DNA of 64,000 bases from Methanobacteriota archaeon (GTDB lineage: Archaea > Halobacteriota > Methanosarcinia > Methanosarcinales > Methanosarcinaceae): contig JAEWQJ010000043.1 in assembly GCA_023399215.1 (NCBI GenBank), positions 3,405-67,404 of the forward strand, written 5' to 3'. A program made the position numbers and the translations under genes. Positions 24,062-33,853 of the stretch are shown here, one piece after another. Numbering within the stretch: position 1 is the stretch's first letter; every line of letters starts with the position of its first letter. The notes under the pieces were generated by a model. That model was not told the DNA's origin, made no database searches, and was given only the letters and a program-made list of their open reading frames with translations.

Positions 24062-25711
24062 TTAACTTTTCGAGGATATTTCGACCTCTGGAAGTTCCTC
24101 AAGCTCAGCGTCTCCTTCAAAAACTGAGGGAACCCCAGCATCTTGCATTATAAGGACTTTCGACTGAAGATTGTATCCGAATATTTTCTTGAAGTATTTT
24201 TTCTGCTTCTCTACCTCCCAGATTTCGAGCTGGCACTCCCGCTGGGCGTGCATTTCAAGCACCAGACTGTCGGTAGAAGCTATGTAAAACCGGACGTGGG
24301 AAATAACTCCATTGTGAGACCGGTCCAGCCCTTCGGCAATGCGGAGCAGGGCACTGAGAACTTTTATACTTTTTACTATGTATTTATTAAGCCCGACAAG
24401 ATTGGGATGTTTCTTTTTAGGCGTATTTTTCCTGTGGAAATAGGCAAGATTCGCTATGATTTCGATTTCTTCAGGCTGGAAGCCCGGAAGATTACTCTCC
24501 CTTATCAGGTGATAGGCATGGGCCTGATGAGTATCGTATGATAGGAATGTCCCTATGTCATGCAGGATGGAACCGTATTCAAGAAGTTCTCTTTCCCCTT
24601 CCCTGAACTTATAAATTCCAAGCGCCTGAATACTGTCAAATAGTTCAAGGGCAAGTCTGGTAACGATATGAGCATGTTCTTCATCGAAATTGCAGGTAAG
24701 CCCAAGCTGCATAATGCTGCGTTTTCTTACCGACATCTGAGTAATCATGTAGGAGAATTCACTCTTTGAGATATAGTCTACAAGCAACCCCTCTCGAAGC
24801 CCGCGTTTACTTATCCTGATTTCGGAAAGCCCCATCTCTTCCATAAAGGTCTCAATAATTGCAGCTCCTGCGATAATAATATCTGCTCTTTGCGCATTGA
24901 TTCCTGGAAATTTGCGCCGCTCTTCAAGGGGTATGGAGCACATTGCCCGGACTATTTTCTTCAGGTCTTCATACTCCAGTTTCTCAAAACTCTCACGGGA
25001 TGTTTTGTGCAAGTAAACGAAAGCGATCCTGGCAAGGTTTTCAATTGTTCCCGAGCTTCCAATTGAACAGCTGATATCGTACTCGGAAAGGTCTTTTATT
25101 ATATCTGTAATCTTGCGCCGGACATGGGCTTTAACCTGCTCATACTGTTCCTCGGAAACAGGCCCGGTTTCATCCGGTAGAAACATATTTGTCAGCCTGA
25201 CAGCTCCAAGGTTAAAGGAATAAAGATAATAACACTGGGTCTGGTCCCCAACTGATACTTCAGTGCTGCCGCCTCCGATATCTATAAACAGAGCTTTTGA
25301 GTTCCCGAGCCGAAAACCGCTTGAAACTCCAAGGTAAATGAGGCGAGCTTCTTCAGTTCCGGAAATTGTACAGACTTCCAGGTTTGCTTCCTTTTTCAAC
25401 ATTTCGAGAAGCTGAACCTTATTGCTTGCGTCTCGCGTTGCTGAGGTAGCTACAGCTATGACCTCTTCTGCCCTATAGGCCCTGGCAAGTTCCATGAACT
25501 TTTTACAGACAACAACTGCGCGTTCTATCGCCTTAGGCTGCAGAATCCTGTCTATGAATTCCCCATCCCCGAGCCTGACTGTTTCCTTTTGCTTGGTCAA
25601 GGGCAGGTAAGACCCATTGGGATTGATCCGGACCAGAAGAAGCCGGATCGAGTTAGTGCCTATATCGATAAACGCAACAACTCTGCCTTCGGAGATTTTC
25701 TCGGGTTCCAT
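24062..25711 (-). CDS. ppx: Exopolyphosphatase (Ppx/GppA family) with C-terminal HD domain
   Basis: The ASKHA motifs AFIDIGTNSIRLLL and FIDIGGGSTE are present. The HD region is GSILHDIGTFLSYDTHQAHAYHLI. The track start at 25792 adds 27 residues. The ATG at 25711 (MEPEKISEGRVVAFIDIGTNS) fits the family N-terminus better. Confidence 0.85.
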   Translation of the reverse strand: MEPEKISEGRVVAFIDIGTNSIRLLLVRINPNGSYLPLTKQKETVRLGDGEFIDRILQPKAIERAVVVCKKFMELARAYRAEEVIAVATSATRDASNKVQLLEMLKKEANLEVCTISGTEEARLIYLGVSSGFRLGNSKALFIDIGGGSTEVSVGDQTQCYYLYSFNLGAVRLTNMFLPDETGPVSEEQYEQVKAHVRRKITDIIKDLSEYDISCSIGSSGTIENLARIAFVYLHKTSRESFEKLEYEDLKKIVRAMCSIPLEERRKFPGINAQRADIIIAGAAIIETFMEEMGLSEIRISKRGLREGLLVDYISKSEFSYMITQMSVRKRSIMQLGLTCNFDEEHAHIVTRLALELFDSIQALGIYKFREGERELLEYGSILHDIGTFLSYDTHQAHAYHLIRESNLPGFQPEEIEIIANLAYFHRKNTPKKKHPNLVGLNKYIVKSIKVLSALLRIAEGLDRSHNGVISHVRFYIASTDSLVLEMHAQRECQLEIWEVEKQKKYFKKIFGYNLQSKVLIMQDAGVPSVFEGDAELEELPEVEISSKS

Positions 25712-26299
25712 TATTACCACCTGAAAGCCCTGTCTTTCGTTTTTCTCGAAGGAGTCGAGAAACTCAAAATAAGCTTCACAATAATAGTTCATATTTTTAT
25801 TCTATTTTAGATTATTTGGCAGTGTGCCGAAAGTTTGTAATCGTTATTATTTATTTACATATCCTCTGTATATATAGTATAGTTTGTTTATATATACACT
25901 TAATAAAGAAAGAATATTAAGAGAGCTCTTTTTCAGGCTTTTTCTGCATTTTAGTAATTGGAAAAATTAAGCCGTTGATTATTGAAAAAACGCGTATATG
26001 TGCAAATTAAAATGACTTTTAGATTTCGTGTCTAAGTAGCAAGTATGAACCCCAGCATTCATATAAACCAGAGACAGTTTAAGTTTATAGATACATTAAG
26101 GCTGCAAAAATTTAGCTTTTAATTTTGTCATTTTTTTTGTTTTTGGGCAGCGTGTCGGTTTTTCATTAAAACCAGAAATCTCAAGAAGTTATAATGTAGC
26201 AATTCCATGTTGGGAGGTCAATTTTCCCATTGTACGTAAAAACTTGACTTTAAATTTCCAGAAAATTTGCGACACTGCCATGGGAGGAGGACAATTAAA

Positions 26300-26464
26300 A
26301 TGAGAACTCATTTTTTAAATTCTTTAATTTCTGTATTATTAACAATAGTAATAATTCCTGGATTAATACCCTGTATAGTATCTGCTGCAGATGGACAGTT
26401 TGCAGACAACGGAAATTCGACAGAGAGGAAGACAACTGCCAATAATAGAAGACTAATTTTATAA
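26300..26464 (+). CDS. Small predicted secreted/membrane peptide (54 aa)
   Basis: The ATG at 26300 has a very strong SD (GGGAGGAGG) 9 nt upstream. MRTHFLNSLISVLLTIVIIPGLIPCIVSAADGQ looks like a signal peptide with an A-x-A-like cleavage site. I recognise no homology. Confidence 0.35.
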   Translation: MRTHFLNSLISVLLTIVIIPGLIPCIVSAADGQFADNGNSTERKTTANNRRLIL

Positions 26465-26551
26465 TCGAATAAAATGTTGGGAGATGTGTCTGCTTTTTAG
26501 GAATTGATCAGTGACTCAAAGAAAAACCAGATAAAGAGTAACAACGAAATA

Positions 26552-26700
26552 AAAAGAAGCATTACCATTTTCAGCATTTCTTAAAGTTTAAATCCCAGCT
26601 TCTGCTATTCTCAAGCATCCATACCTAAGAATCCAGTTCTTCTCTTCAGGCTCTCTTCAGGCTGCGGGTAGATTCTTTCAGTCCTGCCGTTAGGAAGAAG
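26552..26700 (-). pseudogene. Degenerate duplicate of the 3' end of ppk (plus its downstream flank)
   Basis: 26552..26700 aligns by eye, offset 1060 bp, with 27612..27750, which is the ppk stop codon region and last ~40 codons. Identity is about 85-90%. There is an ~11-nt insertion (CTCTCTTCAGG) and a frameshift, so it cannot encode the PPK C-terminus. Confidence 0.7.
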
Positions 26701-27046
26701 GGTAGATTATGTTATTTTTTCCTTTGAGAACCGTTATTCATCAAATGTAAAAAACAAACAAAACACATAGCATGACTCGGTAGAAAATTTTTTAGTGAAG
26801 TTAAAATCTTTAATTAAGTTTTATTCCAAGATTAACTGAATTATAAAGCTTAAACAAACTGTTTTTATTACCTCTATTCAGTAAGTATGTTTATCTCTTT
26901 CTTAGACGATTAACACTCTAGGCTTAGAAATCAATCAGCTAATTGAAGTAATATATTGACAACTTAACAAATATTTAGATATAAACTACATGAATTGAGG
27001 TCAGGAACAAATAGAGGTCAGGAACAAATACAGTATCAGGTGTTGG

Positions 27047-27457
27047 ATGGGTAAAATAATGAGAAAAAAACTAATTATATTGATAGTTTTGTTTTGCATG
27101 TTCTTCGCAACAGGATGCGTGGGAAATAAACTGGTAACTCCAGAAAAGACTGAAACCCAAGCTGATGCAGATACTCCAAATGGAGAAGAGGCAACTGAAA
27201 CACAGAATTTGACAGAGAAAACGGAAATAAAAGAATATACACTTGAAGAACTTGCAAAGTACGACGGTACAAATGAAACAATATATGTTGCTTATCAAGG
27301 TCAGGTATATGATGTCTCATCTGATAGTTATCTTTGGAAAGATGGCAATCATGAGGGATGTCCTGCAGGGAAAGATATAACTGAAGAATTGGATAGGACA
27401 CCACACGGGGCTGAAATATTAAAGAAATATCCTGTTGTCGGGACTTTGGAAGAATAA
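27047..27457 (+). CDS. Lipoprotein with cytochrome b5-like heme/steroid-binding (MAPR-like) domain
   Basis: The signal plus lipobox is LFCMFFATGC. The C-terminal domain YTLEELAKYDGTNETIYVAYQGQVYDVS...G.H...AGKDITEEL matches the cyt-b5-like/MAPR pattern. The SD AGGTG lies upstream. Confidence 0.65.
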   Translation: MGKIMRKKLIILIVLFCMFFATGCVGNKLVTPEKTETQADADTPNGEEATETQNLTEKTEIKEYTLEELAKYDGTNETIYVAYQGQVYDVSSDSYLWKDGNHEGCPAGKDITEELDRTPHGAEILKKYPVVGTLEE

Positions 27458-27630
27458 TACAAAATTATGATAACTTTATAACAATTTTTTACGCATATTC
27501 GTTAAAGTTTTTTGTTTCATACTATCACTTTTTGCCTATATGTCAGTAAACACAATTGGCACATTACCTAGGAAGATAAGTAAAAAAAGGTAAAAGAAAT
27601 AAGGGAAAGCGAAAAGAAGAATTCCTATTT

Positions 27631-29826
27631 TCAGCCTTTCTTAAAGCTTAAATCCCAGCTTCTGCTATTTTCAAGCATCCATAACTGAGAATTCAGTTCT
27701 TCTTCTTCGGGCTGTGGGTAGATTCTCTCAGTCTTGCCATTCGGAAGCAGCAAGCGAGCTTTTACGTTATCTTTGAGGTGAATGCCAAGGATTACATCCC
27801 TCAAGACAGGAATATATTCGGCAGATACAGGAAAGAGGATTTCTACCCTGTTGTCCAGATTGCGTGGCATGAGATCTGCACTTCCCATAAGGACCTCTTC
27901 TTTTCCTCCGTTCCTGAAATAATATATTCTGGAATGTTCGAGAAAACGGCCAACTATCGAGGTAACTCTGATATTTTCACTGAGCCCAATAATACCTGGC
28001 CTGAGACAGCAAATTCCCCGGACAAGAAGGTCTACCTTCACTCCAGCCTGAGAAGCCCTGTAAAGTTCCCGGATGCACTGGTAGTCCACAAGGGAGTTCA
28101 TCTTGAAGATCAGGTGTCCGTTACCACACTTCTCGTGAAGGTCGATTTCACGCCTGATGCGCTCCAAAATCTGATGCCTTAGAGCCTGGGGAGCTACAAG
28201 GAGTTTGATATAATGGTCTTTTCGCGAATATCCGGTAAGGGCATTAAAAAGGTCAGAGACATCCTTACCTATGCATGGATCACTTGTCAGATACCCCATA
28301 TCGGTATACAGTTTTCCTGTGACTGCGTTATAGTTACCTGTACTCATGTGCACATAATACCTGATACCTTCTTTTTCAGCCCTGACAACCAAGCACATCT
28401 TTGCATGAATCTTACGTCCTGGGAAGCCGTAGGCTACATGAACCCCTTTGCGCTCAAGTTCTTTTGCCCAGCCTATATTGTTCTCCTCATCGAAACGAGC
28501 TTTAAGCTCCACCAGAACCGCTACTTGTTTTCTCCGGTCCGCAGCCTTCATAAGGGCCTGAACTATTCTGGAATTGTCATCCACCCTGTACAGGGTCATT
28601 TTGATTGCCAGAACATCAGGATCGTCAACGGCTTCTTCCACGAAATCAATTACCGATTCGAAACTGTCATAGGGATGATAGAGAAGAATATCTCGTTTTT
28701 TCAGAGTTGCAAAAATTTTCTCCCTGTTTGCTAGCTGAGAATGTTTTTTCGGCTCGAAGGGTTCGTACTTAAGATCAGGGCGGTCGATCTTTGCAAGTTT
28801 GATTAGATTTGAAAGTCCCAGAGGAGCTGCAGACCTGAACATAAGGGAAGGAGAAAGGTCCAGGTTCTTAAGAAGAAGATCCGAGATTTTTGCTGGCATT
28901 GTATAGTCGGTCTCAAGTCTGACAACCGACCCGAAGTAATTCCTGCCGACTCTTTGTTTTACAGCGGTCAGGAGATCTTTGTCCCCATCCTCATCAAACC
29001 CAAGGTCTGCATCGCGTGTAATTCTGAAAGGATAAGCTCCAAGGATGCGCTGTCCGGGAAACAGGAGGTCAAGGTTTGCAGCGATAAGCTGTTCAAGCCA
29101 GACAAAACGCCCTTTTTTCAGATCCTCCAAATTGGAAGTTATTTTCTCCTGGTCTCCTTCAGGAACAACTATTAGTCGCATAAACATTGGAGGAATCTTG
29201 ACCCTGGCAAAACGCTCCCCGTAATCCGGATCATCAATTAATACCGCAAGGTTAAGGCTGAGGTTGGAAATATGAGGGAAAGGATGCCCCGAATCAAAAC
29301 CGAGAGGAGTAAGTAAAGGAAAAATATCTCTCTCGAAATAATTTCTCAGCTTTTCTCTTTCTTTTTTAGAAAGCTCAAAGTAATTAAGGACTTTAATTCC
29401 TTCTTTCCTGAGAGCAGGCTCAAGCATTTCATTCCAGCAACGGTCATTGAGAGGAAGCTGCCTGAGAAGCTCTTCCCGGATGACGCGAAGCTGTTCCTGT
29501 GCGGTCTCATCTGCCCGGTCCTCTTTCATAGCTTCCACTATTCTTTTCTCGACGCCTGAAACCCTAACCATGAAAAATTCATCAAGATTACTTCCAAAGA
29601 TCGAAAGAAACTTGACTCTTTCAAGCAGAGGATTGCGATCATCAAAAGCCTCTTCGAGTACTCTATCATTGAACTGAAGCCAGCTGTACTCGCGGTCCGT
29701 ATATAAACATGGATCGCTTAGGTCAGGCATACCGGAAACTTCTACCCGAGTTCCTTCAACATTATCCATCATCAGCCTATCAAAATCTGCACACTGAATG
29801 GGGAAGTTCCGCTCCATTGCTATCAC
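27631..29826 (-). CDS. ppk: Polyphosphate kinase 1
   Basis: 731 aa. REYSWLQFNDRVLEEA and LERVKFLSIFGSNLDEFFMVRV are present. The autophosphorylated His region is GRKIHAKMCLV. Two PLD-like C-terminal domains are present (GRFLEHSRIYYF). The track start is a GTG, and an ATG three codons downstream (29817) is an alternative. Confidence 0.92.
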   Translation of the reverse strand: MIAMERNFPIQCADFDRLMMDNVEGTRVEVSGMPDLSDPCLYTDREYSWLQFNDRVLEEAFDDRNPLLERVKFLSIFGSNLDEFFMVRVSGVEKRIVEAMKEDRADETAQEQLRVIREELLRQLPLNDRCWNEMLEPALRKEGIKVLNYFELSKKEREKLRNYFERDIFPLLTPLGFDSGHPFPHISNLSLNLAVLIDDPDYGERFARVKIPPMFMRLIVVPEGDQEKITSNLEDLKKGRFVWLEQLIAANLDLLFPGQRILGAYPFRITRDADLGFDEDGDKDLLTAVKQRVGRNYFGSVVRLETDYTMPAKISDLLLKNLDLSPSLMFRSAAPLGLSNLIKLAKIDRPDLKYEPFEPKKHSQLANREKIFATLKKRDILLYHPYDSFESVIDFVEEAVDDPDVLAIKMTLYRVDDNSRIVQALMKAADRRKQVAVLVELKARFDEENNIGWAKELERKGVHVAYGFPGRKIHAKMCLVVRAEKEGIRYYVHMSTGNYNAVTGKLYTDMGYLTSDPCIGKDVSDLFNALTGYSRKDHYIKLLVAPQALRHQILERIRREIDLHEKCGNGHLIFKMNSLVDYQCIRELYRASQAGVKVDLLVRGICCLRPGIIGLSENIRVTSIVGRFLEHSRIYYFRNGGKEEVLMGSADLMPRNLDNRVEILFPVSAEYIPVLRDVILGIHLKDNVKARLLLPNGKTERIYPQPEEEELNSQLWMLENSRSWDLSFKKG

Positions 29827-30374
29827 GCGTGACCTGGGTTTTGCACTTATTCAAACTCGTCTTTAAAAATAATAAAAGATCTGAAGATAGGATCTCTGTA
29901 GATCTCACATTCAATTTCATTACCTGATTGTCGCCCGGCTCTACTGGGTTGAAAAGAAGATATCCCCCGGGTTCACTCAAACAACTTAATATAGTTAGCC
30001 TTAGAGAAATATTTCCTTGATAACATCAACCCTATTAGCCGACTAGAGTTTTGAATCCTTTGCATATGAGGAACGCAATCTCCTTATTAAGTTATCGGAC
30101 ATGCATTGACACCAAAACATATATAAACTTTTGTATCGGCCGGATTTAAGGAATCAAAGAAATCTCCGCCAACTCACTACTATTTATTAGTATATAGAAC
30201 TAAAGATTTATAATATTATCTCTTGAAGCCAAATATTGACAAAGCCAATTATTGATAAAAACAAAAAAGATGCCCCAGGTAAGAAGGAAAAGTACTGGAA
30301 GATTACAAGAAAAGATTGGAAGCTGCCAGGTAAATACTCTATTAATATATGTTAGGAAGTACACTGAAATTTCT

Positions 30375-32540
30375 CTAAAGGTTTGCTTTTGAGCCGGTTT
30401 TAAATTTGTCTTTTAAATGTGAGTAAAACTCCTGCTCTTTTCCAGTGGTCTTTCTGAACAGCCGTTCCACAATCAGCTCTGGAGTGCTTCGAGCAATACG
30501 ATTGTATACAGGATTCCGGTTTACGATTAACTCAAGGTTGGAGTCCAGACCATCGGCCTCAATCCCATCTACTCTTACTTCCGTTCCGGTATTTTCAAGG
30601 ATAAGTTCCGAAAGATGAGAGACAAAAACTCCAAGACTCTGTTCATTTCTGGACAGATATTCAAGAATTCCTGCTATGATTCGTGCAGAAGCCCCAGGCT
30701 CAGTGATCGATTCCAGCTCGTCCGCAAGCACCAGTTTTTCCGAGGCTTCGGAGAGCACTGAGAATTGCTTGAGGGTAGTCTCGAAAGCTCCTGCATCGAG
30801 AGTTCCTTTCGATTTCCCAAAATAGTAGAATTCCTCTACAGGCCCGAGTTCAAGTTTTTTTGCAGGAACCGGAAAGCCCATGTACCCAAGAATTACGCAT
30901 TGGGCAAGGAGCTCGAGCAGGGAAGTCTTACCACCTGAGTTTACTCCGCTCAAAAGTACAACCCTGTATTCCAGACCTGCCGGGGAAAAACCAGTTTTTC
31001 CGATGGAATAATTAATAGGATCGATTTCTCCGTACCGGGCTTTTAAAAAGAGGTTTTCTCCACCTGTAAAACCTATACCGACTTCGGGAATCAGTTCGGG
31101 CAGGTTAAGCTGAAACTCTGTCGAAAAACAGGCAATTGAAAAGCCAAGGTCAAAATCCAGGACTTTCCTGACAAGCTTTTCTACAGGCTGGTGAAAACCT
31201 GAAAGGGTTTTTGCAAGTTCCCTTTTCCGGACAAGCCTTGTTTTCTCAAGGCTATTGTTCAACTTTTGCCTGAAAAGCCTCAGCTGGGACTGGTCTGCAT
31301 AGAGAGGGTAGGAAACTTCATCAGGAAAGAGTGAGTCGAGCATTAGTTTTTCTTGCTTTTGAAGCCCTAGCTTTTCAGCAAGCTCTTCTTTGATGGCTCC
31401 AATCTCAGTTTTATAGATTCTATTAAGTTCCTTTGTAAGCAGATCTTTAATCTCCATTCCACCACTCACAAGCCTGACGAGTTCCTGCCCGCTCAGAGTA
31501 AGCGAACTTGCCTCAAGAGTTCGGTTCATATGCTGATTAGCCTTATTCAGAGCCGAAGTCAATACAGGATCCAGGTTTTGAAGGGCTGCTCCGAGCCTGT
31601 CAAGTTCAGGGTCAAACCCTTCAACAGGCTTTCCATCCTCACCGAGTTTTGAGAGAGAGGTCTCGAGTATATCAAGCTTCTCTGTCGAAAACTCCTCAAA
31701 GAGCTCAAAATTTTCTGAGCGGAGAGCTGATACGATACTCAAGCAGGCGCGGATGCAGTCCAGATTCCGCGCAAAAAATACCAGTTCTTTTTCAGGCAAA
31801 ACCTGCCAGAGTTCAGCTCTGGAAAGGTCCTGGAAATATTCGGGTTCAATGTCTTCAGGTAGATCAAAACCAAGATAAGTATCATCAAAAACAATAATAC
31901 TGGAGTAACCCCTTGCAAGATCCACAAATTCCGATAGGTTTTCTACGGCCTGGACAGGCAAAAAGACCTGGAACTTTTCTCTGGCTGCTTCAAGAGTTTT
32001 TGAATCTCCGCATAGAATTATCCGGTCCCTGACTCTGAGGTTTCCGGGAACAGGCCTGAGTTCACTGACTCTCGTAAGCAATTTCAGAAATTCAGAATTC
32101 TCGGGGAAGGCGTTTCCCAGTTCAAGATATTCTCTTACGAAAGCCTGCCTTTCCTGGATAAGATCCATGCGCGAAGCAGGTAATGGGTAAAAAAGGTTTA
32201 GCTTATCCCTAGCATGCGTCGTATGGGCAAAACTTTTTATCAGCTCAAGCAAGCGAGAATAAATATCCAGAGCTTCTTTTGTCCTGAGAAAATCGGAAAT
32301 TGAGCAGCCTTCAGCCCTGGATCTGGCATACCTAGCAAGGGAAAGGGCAAAATTGCGGCTGATCCCATTGACTTCAGAAATCGAAGCTATGTCACCCTCG
32401 CAAATAGCCTGAAGAGCAGCTTCTTCAGTTCCGAAGTGTTCAATCAGCCTGTCGGCTACTCGTTCACCGATTCCATGAATTTCCCGCAGGCTTGAGAGCG
32501 GCTGAGAAGTTTTCAGACCCAAAATACTTTTCATATGCAA
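30375..32540 (-). CDS. Archaeal MutS-family ATPase (MutS domain V) with N-terminal helix-hairpin-helix
   Basis: 721 aa. The N-terminal HhH is LREIHGIGERVADRLIEHFG. The C-terminal ABC-type ATPase has Walker A GVNSGGKTSLLE and Walker B LVLADELES, and fits MutS domain V. There is no mismatch-binding domain I and no Smr domain. Confidence 0.7.
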   Translation of the reverse strand: MHMKSILGLKTSQPLSSLREIHGIGERVADRLIEHFGTEEAALQAICEGDIASISEVNGISRNFALSLARYARSRAEGCSISDFLRTKEALDIYSRLLELIKSFAHTTHARDKLNLFYPLPASRMDLIQERQAFVREYLELGNAFPENSEFLKLLTRVSELRPVPGNLRVRDRIILCGDSKTLEAAREKFQVFLPVQAVENLSEFVDLARGYSSIIVFDDTYLGFDLPEDIEPEYFQDLSRAELWQVLPEKELVFFARNLDCIRACLSIVSALRSENFELFEEFSTEKLDILETSLSKLGEDGKPVEGFDPELDRLGAALQNLDPVLTSALNKANQHMNRTLEASSLTLSGQELVRLVSGGMEIKDLLTKELNRIYKTEIGAIKEELAEKLGLQKQEKLMLDSLFPDEVSYPLYADQSQLRLFRQKLNNSLEKTRLVRKRELAKTLSGFHQPVEKLVRKVLDFDLGFSIACFSTEFQLNLPELIPEVGIGFTGGENLFLKARYGEIDPINYSIGKTGFSPAGLEYRVVLLSGVNSGGKTSLLELLAQCVILGYMGFPVPAKKLELGPVEEFYYFGKSKGTLDAGAFETTLKQFSVLSEASEKLVLADELESITEPGASARIIAGILEYLSRNEQSLGVFVSHLSELILENTGTEVRVDGIEADGLDSNLELIVNRNPVYNRIARSTPELIVERLFRKTTGKEQEFYSHLKDKFKTGSKANL

Positions 32541-32587
32541 GAGACTCTTGTTTCAATAAATTCAACTGGGCATTAAGCTCACAGGGT

Positions 32588-33601
32588 TTAGTTCAAAAGA
32601 AGGGCAAGTTCTTTTTCAAGATAGGGACGCATTGAGGCCATATATCCGTGTGTTGCCTCAGTAACATTATACATCGCTTTTGGCTCTTTTGCAAGAGCAA
32701 AGGTCCGGAGCGCCAGATCGTGGGAGATTACCGGATCATTAGAAGAATGAATCAGAACGAATTTTGCAGGCGGCAGGGTAGAGAGATAGGTATCTGGATC
32801 AATTGAACGATAGAACTGATAAGCTTCAGAATCACTTGCAAGGGAAGAATCAATTTCTTCAGTGCCGTACCCCGCAGTGCTGATCCCGATAACTCCTTTA
32901 AGGGAAGGATTAAGAGCGCAGGCAAGGATTGCAAATCTTCCACCGTTACTTTCTCCGAGGATTGCAAGCTTTTTCGGGTTAATTTCAGGCTGGGCAGCAA
33001 GCACATCTGAGGCTTTAAGAGCATCATAAACCATGTCATATTCTACGGGTTCAAGACCTGCCTTGAAAAGTTCAAGATCTTTGTCTACATTTATGCTGCC
33101 CAGATTGCGCTGGTCAAGCGTGAGAGTTACATACCCCATTTTAGAGAGTTCCACAGCCAGACCCTGTTCGGCTTCTTTGCTAACCCCTGCTCCGGGCAAC
33201 AGAACCAGGCCAGGAGAAGAAGATGAATTTGCAGGAATTCTTAAGAGAGCCTGGATTTTTTCCCCTTTGCTTTCAAAAGACAGCAGTTTTAAAGTATCTA
33301 AGCTTTCAGGAGCGTATACATCTTCGATTCCCTGAGCTGTAAATACTGGCTCTTCTCGATCTGGAAAAGATAGAGTACCTGCTTCCGAAACCTTCCATGG
33401 AGCCGCAGCACCTGTAGAATTGGAAGGATTATACAGGACTCCAAAAATACCCACAAGTATAAGAAGAAAACCCAGAAGAAAAATTGTGGGCTTGGAGATT
33501 CTTGTCCCTGAAGAAGCCTTGCGTTTACTTTCTTTTTTTCCTGAATTCTGCCTGCTCAAGGGAACCCTGCCGAAAAAATTGCGATTACGGCCAGAAACCA
33601 T
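32588..33601 (-). CDS. Membrane-anchored alpha/beta hydrolase (dienelactone hydrolase/esterase-like)
   Basis: The N-terminal TM anchor is TIFLLGFLLILVGIFGV. The nucleophile elbow GESNGG is present. A C-terminal IHSSNDPV...THG segment is consistent with the Asp/His of the catalytic triad. Confidence 0.6.
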   Translation of the reverse strand: MVSGRNRNFFGRVPLSRQNSGKKESKRKASSGTRISKPTIFLLGFLLILVGIFGVLYNPSNSTGAAAPWKVSEAGTLSFPDREEPVFTAQGIEDVYAPESLDTLKLLSFESKGEKIQALLRIPANSSSSPGLVLLPGAGVSKEAEQGLAVELSKMGYVTLTLDQRNLGSINVDKDLELFKAGLEPVEYDMVYDALKASDVLAAQPEINPKKLAILGESNGGRFAILACALNPSLKGVIGISTAGYGTEEIDSSLASDSEAYQFYRSIDPDTYLSTLPPAKFVLIHSSNDPVISHDLALRTFALAKEPKAMYNVTEATHGYMASMRPYLEKELALLLN

Positions 33602-33752
33602 TTACAGCACTTAAGAATAATACTGCAATGCCAACAATTGCACCGACAATCAGCACTACCTTAGGCTGGATTTGAACTGCATTTTTATCTGCTTCATAAT
33701 AGCGCATGAGCCCTGCAGAAGACTGGAGCCCGGAACCTGATTTTTTAGCCAT
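33585..33752 (-). CDS. secG: Preprotein translocase subunit Sec61-beta (archaeal SecG)
   Basis: It is below the ORF-track size cutoff. My translation is MAKKSGSGLQSSAGLMRYYEADKNAVQIQPKVVLIVGAIVGIAVLFLSAVNGFWP (55 aa). The SSAGL(M/I)RYY(E/D) motif followed by a single C-terminal TM helix is the Sec61-beta signature. Its last 17 nt overlap the start of the downstream hydrolase gene. Confidence 0.8.
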   Translation of the reverse strand: MAKKSGSGLQSSAGLMRYYEADKNAVQIQPKVVLIVGAIVGIAVLFLSAVNGFWP

Positions 33753-33853
33753 GTGTTAACACCTGTGTGAACGCATTGATTGGGATATAATTTCACTGCC
33801 CGTACTTGCCTGTAATAGGTTTTTCTGACTGATAATTAAAGATTATCTGGAAA

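Noticed and set aside
26267-26299. Longer form of the small ORF starting at 26267 (MRHCHGRRTIK...)
   Set aside because: The strong SD GGGAGGAGG lies inside this extension and points to the ATG at 26300. Even the short form is only a low-confidence gene.
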